Source: Trichormus sp. ATA11-4-KO1
Lineage (GTDB): Bacteria; Cyanobacteriota; Cyanobacteriia; Cyanobacteriales; Nostocaceae
Assembly: GCA_019358915.1 (NCBI GenBank)
Contig: JAHHIM010000055.1
Location: 160,001 to 224,000 of the forward strand
Length of the DNA: 64,000 nt
Direction of reading: 5' to 3'
Positions 18,933 to 30,176 of the stretch are shown here, piece by piece. The notes beneath the pieces are model-generated. The model did not search any database. It had not been told where the DNA came from and was given only the letters and a program-made list of their open reading frames with translations. The translations under genes were made by a program, and so were the position numbers. Position 1 is the first letter of the stretch. Each line of letters begins with the position of its first letter.

Positions 18933-19340
18933 TTAACGTCTGTAGGTGAGCCAGACCATCAGTGCTGGCAAGATAGCCAACAGCACCGCCACCATTGCCC
19001 AAGCAATAATGCTGGAACCATTTGCCAATCGCAGTGCTAATGGTAACCATATAATCACTAGCACGAAAATAATGCCTAGTGCTATAGGCAGATAGCTTAC
19101 TCCTAAACGAGCATGGGCTACATGCCAGCTATTTCCCGTCCAACGCCAAGCTCGTTTGTAGGGATAGGTGGTAGAAAGTTGTTCTAAAACATGACCATTA
19201 TCTTCTACTACAAAGATTTGCTGACAGCGATCGCAACCAAATGCTTCTGTCAGTGTAATCGGAACTAACTGTCCTTTGCGACGGCAGGGACAGGGATATT
19301 CCATGTTAAAGTCGATTTTTTCGTGTTTTTGAGATTGCAC
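18933..19340 (-). CDS. Hypothetical membrane protein with Cys motifs
   Basis: CPC..CDRC followed by two TM helices; 4 nt from proA. Confidence 0.75.
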   Translation of the reverse strand: MQSQKHEKIDFNMEYPCPCRRKGQLVPITLTEAFGCDRCQQIFVVEDNGHVLEQLSTTYPYKRAWRWTGNSWHVAHARLGVSYLPIALGIIFVLVIIWLPLALRLANGSSIIAWAMVAVLLAILPALMVWLTYRR

Positions 19341-19753
19341 AAGCGTTCTAATAACTTGAGCGTGTTTTCATGATTTATGAGAATCCCGTTCCCCAAAGCT
19401 TTGGAGTTCAGTTTCTCTTTTTTCAGCTCTTTATATAAATAACAAAGCAAATGCTAACATTGCCATAGTTACTAACGCCAGATGCAGGCTGACTGAAAAA
19501 AGTGCTTTCTTCCTGTAGACGCTTCTGTGGTTGACCGCAGGGTTGAGTAAGTGGCAATGCTGAGTAAAAATACTTATTATTCTCTATTCTCTAGTTTTTA
19601 GCCCCTTTTTTAACCTTTACTGGTGCTACTTAGGCTGTTGTAATCTAGTGTATTACACCGCAAATAAGACAAATAGACTACAACTATATAAATTGTAGTT
19701 AAGCCATCTTAGTCTTGTGGATTATTATGACCTGTAATTTACATTTTTTCATA

Positions 19754-19825
19754 AGCGGGTAACGCGATTCGAACGCGCGACATTCACCTTGGCAAGGTGA
19801 CGCTCTACCACTGAGCTATACCCGC
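19754..19825 (-). tRNA. trnG: tRNA-Gly(GCC), CCA not encoded
   Basis: GCGGGTATAGCTCAGTGGTAGAGCGTCACCTTGCCAAGGTGAATGTCGCGCGTTCGAATCGCGTTACCCGCT folds as a cloverleaf. Confidence 0.97.
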
Positions 19826-19883
19826 AATTTCCATATAAATTCTATGTTCTCAAATTTAATCCTATTTGTCAAGCTCTTTTTTA

Positions 19884-19942
19884 AGTGCTGAGTGCTGAGT
19901 GCTGAGTGCTGAGTGCTGAGTGCTGAGTGCTGAGTGCTGAGT
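19884..19942. repeat. STRR heptamer array (AGTGCTG)x8
   Basis: Read directly; same unit at 21175-21219, 33290-33320, 35047-35077, 48652-48676, 62658-62690. Confidence 0.95.
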
Positions 19943-19974
19943 AAAAGAACAGGACTTAGCACCCAGTAGTTGTT

Positions 19975-20553
19975 TCAGCCTAGTTCTTCTGACTCCGCAG
20001 TTAAATTGCCTAAGCTTTTACCTGGAAAAGAAGCTGGCAAAGATTGAGCGTTACGGGGATATGACTCTGTGAGGTTAGAGCGTAATTGCCGCATCAGACT
20101 GGCCATTTCCAGGGCATTCATGGCATAATCCCAACCATGATTACCTTTAATGCCTGCCCGCTCTAAAGCTTGCTGCATGGTATCCACTGTCAAAATGCCA
20201 AAAATTACTGGCACGCCAGTTTGAAAGCTAGCAGCAGCAATACCCTTAGATACTTCGGAAGATACATAATCAAAGTGGGGCGTTTGTCCTCGGATGACAG
20301 CACCCAAGCAAATTACAGCATCATAACGATGGGATAGTGCTAGTTGACGAGCTACGAGAGGCACTTCAAAACTTCCCGGAACCCAAACATAGTCTACCTG
20401 ATTCCCGTGGGGGTCTGGGTCTACACCGTGGCGTTTTAAGCAATCTTGACATCCCTCTAGCAGCTTTCCGGTAACGAGGTCGTTAAATCGACCAATAACC
20501 ACTGCTAAACGCAAAGGTTCTGTTTGAGTAAAAGTTCCCTCGAAAACTGCCAT
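19975..20553 (-). CDS. ribH: 6,7-dimethyl-8-ribityllumazine synthase
   Basis: [31 protein letters not shown]. Confidence 0.96.
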   Translation of the reverse strand: MAVFEGTFTQTEPLRLAVVIGRFNDLVTGKLLEGCQDCLKRHGVDPDPHGNQVDYVWVPGSFEVPLVARQLALSHRYDAVICLGAVIRGQTPHFDYVSSEVSKGIAAASFQTGVPVIFGILTVDTMQQALERAGIKGNHGWDYAMNALEMASLMRQLRSNLTESYPRNAQSLPASFPGKSLGNLTAESEELG

Positions 20554-20770
20554 GACTGCCTCTTAATCGAATATACTCTGGCCAATATACATTTCTTCTT
20601 TAAATGTAGAAGAGCAGGAGAGCACAATTAGATAGATAAGACAAGAGAAAAGGAAAATTTATCCATTTACCTTTTGCCTTGGTCTTTGGCTCTTCTGCCC
20701 CTGTAGTCACTATGCTATTTGTCTGTACTAAAATTTAAGCGATTGCGTAAAACGCACGCTGCGCGAACGC

Positions 20771-20959
20771 CTAAACTACAAAAAAGTTTAATACCCCGAC
20801 TAAAAGCACCAAGGCAATCCAGACTCCAGAACCGAGCCAAAGCAGCCTTTTTGATTCGACCCAGTTTTGCGGGGTAGCATAGGCAACAGGAACGCCAACT
20901 ACTAGCACAAAAGACATGGCAACAAGAGCTATTAAAGCGAATTGGAATATTATGGTCAT
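20771..20959 (-). CDS. psbZ: Photosystem II protein Z (62 aa)
   Basis: [28 protein letters not shown]; psbZ-ribH-trnG arrangement. Confidence 0.95.
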   Translation of the reverse strand: MTIIFQFALIALVAMSFVLVVGVPVAYATPQNWVESKRLLWLGSGVWIALVLLVGVLNFFVV

Positions 20960-21174
20960 TTTTGCTTCTCCCAAAACAGCGCAATACTAAAAATAGAATA
21001 TCCTAAAGGACGACACTAACAGTTTTTCCTTATTTGTTAAGCTAGCAGAAATTGCGTCACTATAGTTATCAGTTAGTTCTCAATTGTCAGTTGTTTGTAC
21101 TGCTGACCACTGACTATTGACTAAACAAGTGCTGAATGCTTTTTTTCATCTTAGTTTTCTGAGTTCTTTTCTCT

Positions 21175-21219
21175 ACTCAGCACTCAGCACTCAGCACTCA
21201 GCACTCAGCACTCAGCACT
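21175..21219. repeat. STRR heptamer array (ACTCAGC)x6
   Basis: Read directly, just upstream of the 21230 start codon. Confidence 0.9.
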
Positions 21220-21229
21220 ACTGAAAGCT

Positions 21230-23971
21230 ATGGACTTAATTCTTTGCCACACAACTGCTGATTTTGATGCCCTAGGTGCGGCAGTAGGTCTGACTTGCCT
21301 ACTACCGGGAAGTAAGATTGTGCTGAGTGGTGGCGCACATCCGCCTGTCAGAGATTTTTTGGCGTTGCACCGGGATGAGTATCCCCTGATTGAGAGACGT
21401 TCGGTCAATCCCGAAAAGATTCGCTCCCTGAGGATTGTGGATACACAACAGCGCGATCGCTTGGGTAAAGCTGCTGAATGGTTAGATTTACCCAACTTAA
21501 GGGAAATCATAGTTTATGACCATCACTTAGGGCAAGAACTAGATATTCCCGCCACGGAATCTTATATTGAACCAGTGGGAGCCACCACAACTTTAATGGT
21601 GGAGCAATTGCAAAAACAGCAAATTTCCCTCACTCCATCCCAAGCAACGGTGATGGCTTTAGGCATCCACGTTGATACTGGCTCATTAACCTTTGACAGC
21701 GCTACACCACGAGATGCGCTAGCTTTAGCTTGGTTGATGCAACAAAAAGCTAGATCAGCAGTAATTTCCACTTACCTTGACCCCGGTTTATCTCCCCAAT
21801 TACAGCAGTTATTAACTGAAGCACTGGAGAATTTAGCATATTTTTGTTTACGTGGATATACGATTGGTTGGGTAACTTTAAAAACTACTAGTTTTGTACC
21901 AGGATTATCGAGTCTGGCATCACAACTAATTGAATTAACTGAAATTGATGCCTTACTCTTGGCAAATACATATGCCCACGATGAAGATGACTCACGCTTA
22001 ATAGTAATAGGGCGATCGCAAATTCCCGGCGTGAATCTCAATCTATTATTTCAAATGTTCGGCGGTGGTGGTCATTCCCAAGCAGCATCGCTGAGTTTGC
22101 GAGGAGTTGATGCACAGGTAATCTTAAAGCAACTGCAAGATGGTATTAAAGCTGCGATTCCCCATCCACCTAAGGCGAGAGACTTGATGTCCTCCCCAGT
22201 CCGCACTATTCGCCCCGAAACGACAATTGCGGAGGCGCAGCGTATTTTGTTGCGTTATGGACACTCTGGTTTATCCGTAGTTGATTCCCAAGGTCAACTG
22301 GTAGGAATTATTTCGCGGCGAGATATTGATATTGCCCTACACCACGGATTTAGTCATGCGCCAGTCAAGGGCTATATGACTACAAATCTGAAGACAATTA
22401 CACCAGATACCATCCTGCCACAAATCGAAGGGCTGATGGTGACATACGATATTGGGCGTTTACCAGTGTTGGAGAACGAACAACTAGTGGGAATTGTCAC
22501 CCGTACTGATGTGTTACGGGAATTGCATCGAGCCGATGAAGAGGGGAGATGGGGAGATGAAGAGGACAAAGTCAAAATTCAAAATATCTCCTTTAAAGAC
22601 GCTGCACGAACAAAATTTAAAATTAATTTAAGTACTGAATTGCAAAATCGTCTTGCGCCGCAACTTTGGCAATTATTAACCATAGCCTCTCAAGCAGCAG
22701 AAAAACGGGGTTGGCATCTTTATTTAGTGGGGGGTGCAGTGCGAGACTTGCTGTTAGCTGAAGCAGCAACTGGCACATTGATGATTACAGATATTGACCT
22801 TGTAGTTGATGGCTTTCACAAAACAGCAGATGTTGGTGCTGGTGTGGAACTAGCCAAGGCACTCCAGGAAATTTACCCAGCAGCCCGCTTGGAAGTTCAC
22901 GGGGCTTTTCAAACTGCCGCTTTACTATGGCACAAAGATCCAGAATTAGATTCTTTGTGGGTAGATATTGCCACTGCTAGAACAGAATTTTATCCTTACC
23001 CAGCTGCAAATCCCGAAGTTGAGGCGAGTTCAATTCGTCAAGACTTGTATCGTCGAGATTTTACTATCAACGCCCTCGCCCTACGTCTCACCTCCCCTCG
23101 TGCTGGCGAATTACTCGATTTCTTCGGCGGGTTACTGGATTTACAAGCCAAGCAAATCCGAGTTTTACACGCCAACAGCTTTATTGAAGATCCCACTCGT
23201 ATTTATCGCGGTGTGCGGTTTGCTGTGCGCTTTGGATTTCAACTGGAACCGCAAACAGAAGAGTTTATTCGTTATGCCATCAACAGTGGTATTTACGATC
23301 GCACTGCCCAAACCAATTCTAAAACCCCAGCCCTACAAACTCGACTCAAAGCTGAATTAAAATATATTCTCCAAGCCCCCTACTGGAAATCGGCTTTACA
23401 GTTACTCGATCAATTAGGGGCGTTGCAGTGTATCCATTCTACCCTCAAGCTAGATCAGGAACTCCTACGGCAATTACGTTTATTAGAACGCTGTTTACGG
23501 CGATTTGACCCCCAACAAACCCTCATCCATTGGGAAATGCGCCTAGAAACGTTAATTGCTCACTTAGAACCAAAATATCGGGCGAAGGTAGCAAAAAATT
23601 TACACTTACCAGAGGATGCTATTAAACGGTTGAAAAACTTGGCTACAGCCCAAGCTGAGGTGATGGAATCATTACCCCAATGTCAGTTTCCTAGTCAAGT
23701 GGCGCATTTGTTGCAACAGTATGACTTGCCCATGCTGATTTTAATCGCCCTACATAGTCCGCGACTACTCAGGCAAAAGATTTGGCATTACCTCACAGTG
23801 TTGGCTAACGTACAGCCGATTTTAAATGGTAACGACTTAAAACAATTGGGTTATAAACCAAGCCCTCAATATCGGCAAATTTTAGACAATTTACTTGCTG
23901 CTACCCTTGATGGCGTGATTAAAAATAGAGATGAAGCAGAAAAGTTTTTAGCCAAGCATTATCCTCAATAA
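21230..23971 (+). CDS. DHH-CBS-nucleotidyltransferase (A-adding tRNA nucleotidyltransferase type)
   Basis: ADFDA, YDHH, GGGGH; two CBS domains; [26 protein letters not shown]. Confidence 0.88.
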   Translation: MDLILCHTTADFDALGAAVGLTCLLPGSKIVLSGGAHPPVRDFLALHRDEYPLIERRSVNPEKIRSLRIVDTQQRDRLGKAAEWLDLPNLREIIVYDHHLGQELDIPATESYIEPVGATTTLMVEQLQKQQISLTPSQATVMALGIHVDTGSLTFDSATPRDALALAWLMQQKARSAVISTYLDPGLSPQLQQLLTEALENLAYFCLRGYTIGWVTLKTTSFVPGLSSLASQLIELTEIDALLLANTYAHDEDDSRLIVIGRSQIPGVNLNLLFQMFGGGGHSQAASLSLRGVDAQVILKQLQDGIKAAIPHPPKARDLMSSPVRTIRPETTIAEAQRILLRYGHSGLSVVDSQGQLVGIISRRDIDIALHHGFSHAPVKGYMTTNLKTITPDTILPQIEGLMVTYDIGRLPVLENEQLVGIVTRTDVLRELHRADEEGRWGDEEDKVKIQNISFKDAARTKFKINLSTELQNRLAPQLWQLLTIASQAAEKRGWHLYLVGGAVRDLLLAEAATGTLMITDIDLVVDGFHKTADVGAGVELAKALQEIYPAARLEVHGAFQTAALLWHKDPELDSLWVDIATARTEFYPYPAANPEVEASSIRQDLYRRDFTINALALRLTSPRAGELLDFFGGLLDLQAKQIRVLHANSFIEDPTRIYRGVRFAVRFGFQLEPQTEEFIRYAINSGIYDRTAQTNSKTPALQTRLKAELKYILQAPYWKSALQLLDQLGALQCIHSTLKLDQELLRQLRLLERCLRRFDPQQTLIHWEMRLETLIAHLEPKYRAKVAKNLHLPEDAIKRLKNLATAQAEVMESLPQCQFPSQVAHLLQQYDLPMLILIALHSPRLLRQKIWHYLTVLANVQPILNGNDLKQLGYKPSPQYRQILDNLLAATLDGVIKNRDEAEKFLAKHYPQ

Positions 23972-24180
23972 ATTAGATTTCACAGAGGTAAGTTTTATGC
24001 AAATACAAACACCAAAACGCTATTACAAAACACAAGAGGCAGTATTATTACTACAAACATTAGATTTTCAAATTGCCCTCAGAGATATTTATGAAGGGAT
24101 AAATTTTGAATGAAAATAAGATTAACTTTCATCATCAAGAATCAACATAATTCGTATTTACGGTGTGCGATCGCCTGATT

Positions 24181-24258
24181 TTAGGGTAAGGGTAGATAAA
24201 CTATTCTGCATTGATATTCATCATCTTCTAGTGCTAAAGCAACTATTATTAATTCTTC
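24181..24258 (-). pseudogene. Possible 3' remnant of a DUF5615 PIN-like gene
   Basis: Reads EELIIVALALEDDEYQCRIVYLPLP*, resembling C-termini of that family as I recall them; no start codon. Confidence 0.35.
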
Positions 24259-24259
24259 A

Positions 24260-24907
24260 TCACTTTAAAGGATTACGAATATATCCCCACTTACCACCAG
24301 TATTTACTCCTATTAAACCTTCATGAGAGAATCTGTGACAATCATCAAATTGAGGTCTAATGACAAACTGACCAGTTTTATTAATATAGCCCCATCTTTT
24401 GCGCCATCTTTTGCCTAGAGAAACTTTTGCTACTCCTTCATGGAATTCATGTGCATCATCGAATTTTAACGGAATAACTACTTTACCAGTTTTGTTAATA
24501 TAGCCAAATTTATCACTAATTTTGATCGGTGCTAGCCCTTCTTTGAATTCATAAGCAGCATCAAATTGGGGTGGGATGACCACTTTTCCGCTTTTATCTA
24601 TGTAGCCATACTTATCACCAATTTTGACTGATGCCAAATCTTCAAAGTGATAGGCATTATCAAATTGAGGCTGAATAACTATTCGACCAGTTTTGTTAAT
24701 ATAGCCATACTTGCCATCAACCTTGACAGATGCTAGTTCTTCACTAAAGATGCCAACATCATCAAATTTTGGAGGTATTACAAAGATAGCATTGACGGCA
24801 AAGTAAACACTGATAACGATATAAATTACTGCAAATAATAAACCACCTCCTAGCCCTAAACCAACTAGCAAGGCGTTTAACCGTGATTTATTAAGTTTAG
24901 ATTCCAT
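24260..24907 (-). CDS. Membrane-anchored WG-repeat protein
   Basis: Five F.EGLA.V....K(Y/W)GYI.K.G..VI.PQFD repeats after an N-terminal TM helix. Confidence 0.9.
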   Translation of the reverse strand: MESKLNKSRLNALLVGLGLGGGLLFAVIYIVISVYFAVNAIFVIPPKFDDVGIFSEELASVKVDGKYGYINKTGRIVIQPQFDNAYHFEDLASVKIGDKYGYIDKSGKVVIPPQFDAAYEFKEGLAPIKISDKFGYINKTGKVVIPLKFDDAHEFHEGVAKVSLGKRWRKRWGYINKTGQFVIRPQFDDCHRFSHEGLIGVNTGGKWGYIRNPLK

Positions 24908-24991
24908 AAGTTTAAACTATCCAAATATGAGTAAAACGAATTTCTTGGTCTTTTTTTAGCTCAAAGGTCCGAAAAAAATCTATTTACACCT

Positions 24992-27037
24992 TTACGGTTT
25001 AATTAATAATTCCTCAGTTTGACGATATTTAGCAATTAATCTGCGTTGCTTGATTTGTGGATAAAACAGCATATAAAACACGGGTAATCCAGTTCCTGAC
25101 AGGGTTAAAAAAATCAATGGGTTGAGCAAGCCTACTATTAAAGCAACACCTGTACTAGCCCCAAGTCCTGCTATCAATAGTAAAAGTACTGATGTGAATA
25201 AATCTTCCTTGGCTAAATTTATTATTACCCAACCCAGTAATTCGTACACAGCCAAAAATACAGCCCATCCCACAGCCAAAGCCCCTAAAGCCCCTAACCC
25301 AGCCAATCCCGCAGCCGATCCTCCAGCCCCTACCACAGCCAATCCCACAGCCGATCCCACAGCCCCTACCACAGCCAATCCCACAGCCGATCCTCCAGCC
25401 CATCTTACAACTTCCACAGGCACTCCCGGTATCACACCCCATCCCACAGGAAATTCCACAGCCCCTACCACAGCCACTGCCACAGCCAAAAATACAGCCC
25501 CTACCACAGGCACTCCCGCAGCCACTGCCATAGCCAAAAATACAGCCACTGCCACAGCATTAGCTATTACATTACTTACAGCCGCAGCTACATATTCTGA
25601 ATTTGGAATATCCACGCGGAATTGATAATTCTTGCGGAATTGATAATTCTTAGCAATACGACGACTCTGTATGATCACATTCACAATCAAGACAAAACCC
25701 CATATGCAAAAATTAAGCAAAACAGCGTCATATCCCACCGTCGCTAACAACCAATTAGCAACACCAGCCGCAGCATAAACCTTAAACCAAGCAGTAGCCA
25801 TAGCTACCATCCCAGCTATTAAGCACAGCCAAGTTAAACCTGCATACGGTATCTTTCTCTTCTCAACAGGTATGGGAGCCGTCTGTACTTTCACCATTAC
25901 AGTATGAGTTGTAGGATAAGCATTACTGTGCAGTATGAGTTGACGTTTATACTCCTGATCTGCCATCAACTTGCTAGTATCTACGCAAATGCGACAATTG
26001 ACTGGTTTTTGGGTACATCTGATAGGTTCTTCTACAGAAATCCACGCATGGGAATCTGGTGTATGGGGTGGATCTTGAGGATGAGGTGCAATTTCCCATC
26101 TACCTTGTAAAATTGTTTCCGGTATGGGGTTTTCAACTGTGATGATTTGCGTCAATTTTTCTCCCAAACGAGTTGCTTTAAACTCCAGGACTGATGCACT
26201 CAACTCAACTGCTGGTTCACGAATAACATGAATTGGTTGCAGTACTGCTAAAGCTGCTTTTGCATCTGGAAAGCGATCACTCTGTCGGGGTTGTACCATT
26301 TTCTCTAGCCAGCTGATAAAGCTCAGACTAAGACGAGGTAGGCGATTTTGAAACTGAATCTGATATGGGTTATTGCGATCGCACAGTTGCCTGATTTCTG
26401 TTGACTTAATTCCTGTCAACAAGCAAATCAAAGTTGTACCTAAAGCATACAAGTCTGTAGCCTTTGTCGGTTCAAACATCTGCTCTGGCGGAATAAAACC
26501 CGGAGTACCTTTGAATACACTACTCCCTGCTACTTCCTCACTGCCAATCCGAGCAAAACCAAAGTCAATTAAATAAACTTTGAGTTCTTCATCTACTAAA
26601 ATATTTTCCGGTTTGATATCTCGATGAATTACGGCAGGATTAAGACTTTGCAGATATACAAGAATTTCTAGAGCGTTGATAGCAATTTGTTTAATCTCTT
26701 CTGGTGCAAAGCTACGGGTTTGTGCTATGGATGGAGCGTTGATATATTCTTGAACCAGACAAAAGCCATCAGATGTTGCAAAGGAACTCAGGTAATGGGG
26801 AATACCAGGATGATTTAATTCTTGTAATACCTCAATTTCCCGGTGATGAGCCTGAAAACCAGACCAATTGGACGCGGCTTGAGCAAAGCAAAACTGTTTT
26901 AATACCACTTCCCTGTGATCAACATTGGCAGCTAACCAAGTAATCCTCCCTCCTTCGCGATTGCGCCCCAATTCTCGCAAAACCTGATAGCCGTGTTCGC
27001 TAAAATCTGGATACGGATAGCTATTCATAAAGGGCAA
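24992..27037 (-). CDS. Hanks-type Ser/Thr kinase with a repetitive Gly/Ala membrane domain
   Basis: VVLK, HRDIKPEN, DFG, GTPGFIPPE; hydrophobic C-terminal third. Confidence 0.92.
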   Translation of the reverse strand: MPFMNSYPYPDFSEHGYQVLRELGRNREGGRITWLAANVDHREVVLKQFCFAQAASNWSGFQAHHREIEVLQELNHPGIPHYLSSFATSDGFCLVQEYINAPSIAQTRSFAPEEIKQIAINALEILVYLQSLNPAVIHRDIKPENILVDEELKVYLIDFGFARIGSEEVAGSSVFKGTPGFIPPEQMFEPTKATDLYALGTTLICLLTGIKSTEIRQLCDRNNPYQIQFQNRLPRLSLSFISWLEKMVQPRQSDRFPDAKAALAVLQPIHVIREPAVELSASVLEFKATRLGEKLTQIITVENPIPETILQGRWEIAPHPQDPPHTPDSHAWISVEEPIRCTQKPVNCRICVDTSKLMADQEYKRQLILHSNAYPTTHTVMVKVQTAPIPVEKRKIPYAGLTWLCLIAGMVAMATAWFKVYAAAGVANWLLATVGYDAVLLNFCIWGFVLIVNVIIQSRRIAKNYQFRKNYQFRVDIPNSEYVAAAVSNVIANAVAVAVFLAMAVAAGVPVVGAVFLAVAVAVVGAVEFPVGWGVIPGVPVEVVRWAGGSAVGLAVVGAVGSAVGLAVVGAGGSAAGLAGLGALGALAVGWAVFLAVYELLGWVIINLAKEDLFTSVLLLLIAGLGASTGVALIVGLLNPLIFLTLSGTGLPVFYMLFYPQIKQRRLIAKYRQTEELLIKP

Positions 27038-27296
27038 CTAGTTATGATATGCCGAGTTTGCCGTGTACTACGCAGATATACATAGACTAACAAGGACTAT
27101 TTAATTAATCAATGTTTTTCACAATAGTTATTTAAGTGTTTCTAACGAAAAATGGGGTGTGGGAAAATAGAAGAGGCTGGCTTTGCTGTTGTCAGCATCA
27201 AGTCATCTCTAACTTCAAATTTATAGCTCCCCAGCAGAAGCCGCAAAGCAGACAGGCAAGTTATAATTCTTTTGCGGAGCAACGTAACAAAAATTT

Positions 27297-27623
27297 ATGA
27301 GTAACCCCCTAGTACAAGCCTTTTTCGTCGGTAGAGCCGTAGCTGAAGTGATTAATGAGCGGCTAGAGGTCGCCTTGACCGATGCTTTAAGTGATTTGGG
27401 CAAATTTGATGCTGAAGCGAGAGAACAACTGCGCCAGTTTACAGAAGAAGTCCTAGAACGAGCAAATCGGGCGGCAGAAGCTGCTAATGCTGGACAAACT
27501 AGCACAGGCTTTGGGCAACCTGGTAGTGATGCAGTTGACTTGCAAGCAACAATTGATGAACTGCGAGCAGAAATTGCCCTACTGCGAAATGAATTGCAAC
27601 GCTATCGCAGCAGTTCTGTATAA
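27297..27623 (+). CDS. Conserved cyanobacterial coiled-coil protein (sll1769-like)
   Basis: AFFVGRA, DLQATIDELRAEIA.LR; usual position before the ABC1 kinase. Confidence 0.8.
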   Translation: MSNPLVQAFFVGRAVAEVINERLEVALTDALSDLGKFDAEAREQLRQFTEEVLERANRAAEAANAGQTSTGFGQPGSDAVDLQATIDELRAEIALLRNELQRYRSSSV

Positions 27624-27653
27624 ATTTAGTCTTTAGTCATGCTCACATGACAC

Positions 27654-29417
27654 TTGCTCGTAAATAGTTCAGGAACTGAAGTGTCTTTTCTTCCAGGTGA
27701 TTCGGTTACAAACCAACGGTACACAGAAAATATGGAAACAGCTTATTCAGATCAGGCATACCGTTGGAATCGTGAAAACTACTCTAGTAGACGGCGCTTT
27801 GTGGACATTTGGTCTTTTGTCTTGACCTTAATGTTCAAGCTTTGGCGTTACAACAAATCTTGGAGTTATTCTGGCGGTGTCACTGAAGCCAAGCAAGCTG
27901 CAAGACGCAAAGCTCAAGCAGTCTGGATTCGTAATACCCTGCTGGACTTGGGGCCAACCTTTATCAAAGTCGGGCAGTTGTTTTCTACCCGTGCTGATAT
28001 ATTCCCTGGTGAATATGTCGAAGAGTTGGCAAAGTTACAAGATAAAGTTCCTGCCTTTGGCTATGAGCAAGTAGAAACAACGATTGAAAAAGAATTAGGC
28101 AAGAAAATTCCCGAACTATTCCAGAATTTTGAGCCTATTCCTCTGGCGGCGGCAAGTTTGGGGCAAGTACACAAAGCTGTACTCCACACTGGGGAATCAG
28201 TGGTTGTGAAAGTACAGCGTCCTGGACTGAAAAAACTATTTGAAATCGATTTACAGATTCTCAAAGGAATTACCCGCTACTTTCAAAACCATCCCAAATG
28301 GGGACGAGGGCGAGATTGGATCGGGATTTACGAAGAGTGTTGCCGCATTCTTTGGGAAGAAATTGATTATCTCAACGAAGGTCGTAACGCTGATACTTTT
28401 CGCCGTAACTTTCGCGGCTACGAATGGGTAAAAGTTCCTAGAGTTTATTGGCGTTACGCTTCACCTAGAGTGTTGACTTTGGAATATCTGCCGGGGATTA
28501 AAATTAGCCAATATGAAGCTTTAGAAGCAGCCGGCTTGGATCGTAAGGTAATAGCACGTCAAGGCGCTCAAGCTTACCTATTACAGTTGCTAAATGATGG
28601 GTTTTTCCACGCCGATCCCCACCCAGGTAATATTGCGGTGAGTCCCAATGGTGATTTAATCTTCTACGACTTCGGCATGATGGGGCGGATTAAGTCGAAT
28701 GTGCGTGAAGGATTGATGGAAACACTGTTTGGTATTGCCCAAAAAGATGGCGATCGCGTGGTGCAATCTCTGATCGATTTAGGCGCGATCGCACCTACAG
28801 ATGATATGGGACCTGTGCGGCGTTCTGTCCAGTATATGCTGGACAATTTCATGGATAAGCCCTTTGAAAATCAATCCGTGGCCGCAATCAGTGACGACCT
28901 TTACGAAATAGCTTATAATCAGCCATTTAGATTTCCCGCAACCTTTACTTTTGTGATGCGTGCCTTTTCTACTCTAGAGGGGGTAGGCAAGGGTTTAGAT
29001 CCAGAATTTAACTTTATGGAAGTTGCCCAACCGTATGCAATGCAACTGATAACAAATATGAATGGTTCTGATAATAATAGCTTCCTCAATGAATTAAGCC
29101 GCCAAGCAGTTCAAGTAAGCACAACTGCATTTGGACTACCCCGGAGATTAGAAGACACACTAGAAAAATTGGAACGCGGAGACATGCGCGTGCGTGTCCG
29201 CTCCATAGAAACAGAGCGCCTGCTACGACGACAAAGCAATATCCAGCTAGGCACCAGCTACGCCCTGATAATCAGTGGATTTACCATTTCAGCCACCATT
29301 TTATTGGTTCATGATTATGAATGGCTGGCCTTGCTGGCTGGTTTAATCGCCGCAGCCGTTGCAGTGATTCTGATCCGATTGCTTTCGCGCCTCGACCGTT
29401 ATGACCGTATGTATTAA
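27654..29417 (+). CDS. ABC1/AarF/UbiB atypical kinase (start may be 27681 or 27732)
   Basis: LGPTFIKVGQ, AAASLGQVH, VKVQRP, FFHADPHPGN, DFGM. Confidence 0.93.
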   Translation: MLVNSSGTEVSFLPGDSVTNQRYTENMETAYSDQAYRWNRENYSSRRRFVDIWSFVLTLMFKLWRYNKSWSYSGGVTEAKQAARRKAQAVWIRNTLLDLGPTFIKVGQLFSTRADIFPGEYVEELAKLQDKVPAFGYEQVETTIEKELGKKIPELFQNFEPIPLAAASLGQVHKAVLHTGESVVVKVQRPGLKKLFEIDLQILKGITRYFQNHPKWGRGRDWIGIYEECCRILWEEIDYLNEGRNADTFRRNFRGYEWVKVPRVYWRYASPRVLTLEYLPGIKISQYEALEAAGLDRKVIARQGAQAYLLQLLNDGFFHADPHPGNIAVSPNGDLIFYDFGMMGRIKSNVREGLMETLFGIAQKDGDRVVQSLIDLGAIAPTDDMGPVRRSVQYMLDNFMDKPFENQSVAAISDDLYEIAYNQPFRFPATFTFVMRAFSTLEGVGKGLDPEFNFMEVAQPYAMQLITNMNGSDNNSFLNELSRQAVQVSTTAFGLPRRLEDTLEKLERGDMRVRVRSIETERLLRRQSNIQLGTSYALIISGFTISATILLVHDYEWLALLAGLIAAAVAVILIRLLSRLDRYDRMY

Positions 29418-29435
29418 TTGTTGTACTAGAAAATT

Positions 29436-30176
29436 ATGAAACTTAACTTCACGGGTTTTAGTGATCCGGGACTTATTCGTACTAGTAACCAGGATGCTCA
29501 CTATATCGATCCTGAAGGGCGATTTTTCATCGTTGCTGATGGTATGGGTGGTCATGCAGGGGGTGAGGAAGCGAGTCGGATTGCTACACGGGAAATTCAA
29601 GAATTTTTGGTGTCTAACTGGGATACTGCTGAACCTACGGCAAAATTGCTGGAAAATGCCTTGTGGCAAGCAAATAAAGTAATTTTACAGGATCAGCAGC
29701 AGCATCCTGAACGTGCTGACATGGGCACAACCATTGTCGTAGTCATTTTTCGCTCACCAGATTCGCCTTGGTGCGCTCATGTTGGTGACTCCAGGTTGTA
29801 CCGCTTTCGGGAGTCGCAATTAGCACAAGTTACAGAAGACCATACTTGGGTAGCAAGGGCAATCAAGGTTGGTGATATCACCCCAGATGAAGCAAGAACT
29901 CACCCCTTCCGCCATGTATTATCTCGTTGCTTAGGACGGGAAGACTTACATCAAGTTGATGTGCAACCTCTAGATGTCAAAGCAGGCGATCGCCTGCTTC
30001 TATGCAGTGATGGTTTGACGGAAGAACTTGCTCATCAAAATATTGCTGATTGCCTCCGCAACTTCCCCATACTAGAAAAAGCTTCCCTCTCTCTGATTGA
30101 AGCTGCCAAAGAGCAGGGTGGGCACGATAATATCACAGTCATCATGGTCTCGGTTGAGGAAAATGCTCCAGAATAG
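29436..30176 (+). CDS. pphA: PP2C phosphatase, PphA-like
   Basis: NQD, VADGMGG, HVGDSR, LCSDGL, GGHDNIT; order matches the sll1769-1770-1771 block. Confidence 0.85.
   Translation: MKLNFTGFSDPGLIRTSNQDAHYIDPEGRFFIVADGMGGHAGGEEASRIATREIQEFLVSNWDTAEPTAKLLENALWQANKVILQDQQQHPERADMGTTIVVVIFRSPDSPWCAHVGDSRLYRFRESQLAQVTEDHTWVARAIKVGDITPDEARTHPFRHVLSRCLGREDLHQVDVQPLDVKAGDRLLLCSDGLTEELAHQNIADCLRNFPILEKASLSLIEAAKEQGGHDNITVIMVSVEENAPE

Noticed and set aside
19754..19825. tRNA-Gly as an integration site
   Set aside because: No integrase and no duplicated tRNA 3' end seen in the window
19884..19942. Tandem arrays as a possible CRISPR
   Set aside because: 7-nt units with no spacers and no cas genes; ordinary STRR
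25122..25625. 167-aa Pro/Thr/Ala-rich ORF on + and a Gly/Cys-rich 95-aa ORF on -
   Set aside because: Shadows of the repetitive kinase membrane region; not a credible mucin-like protein or RiPP precursor
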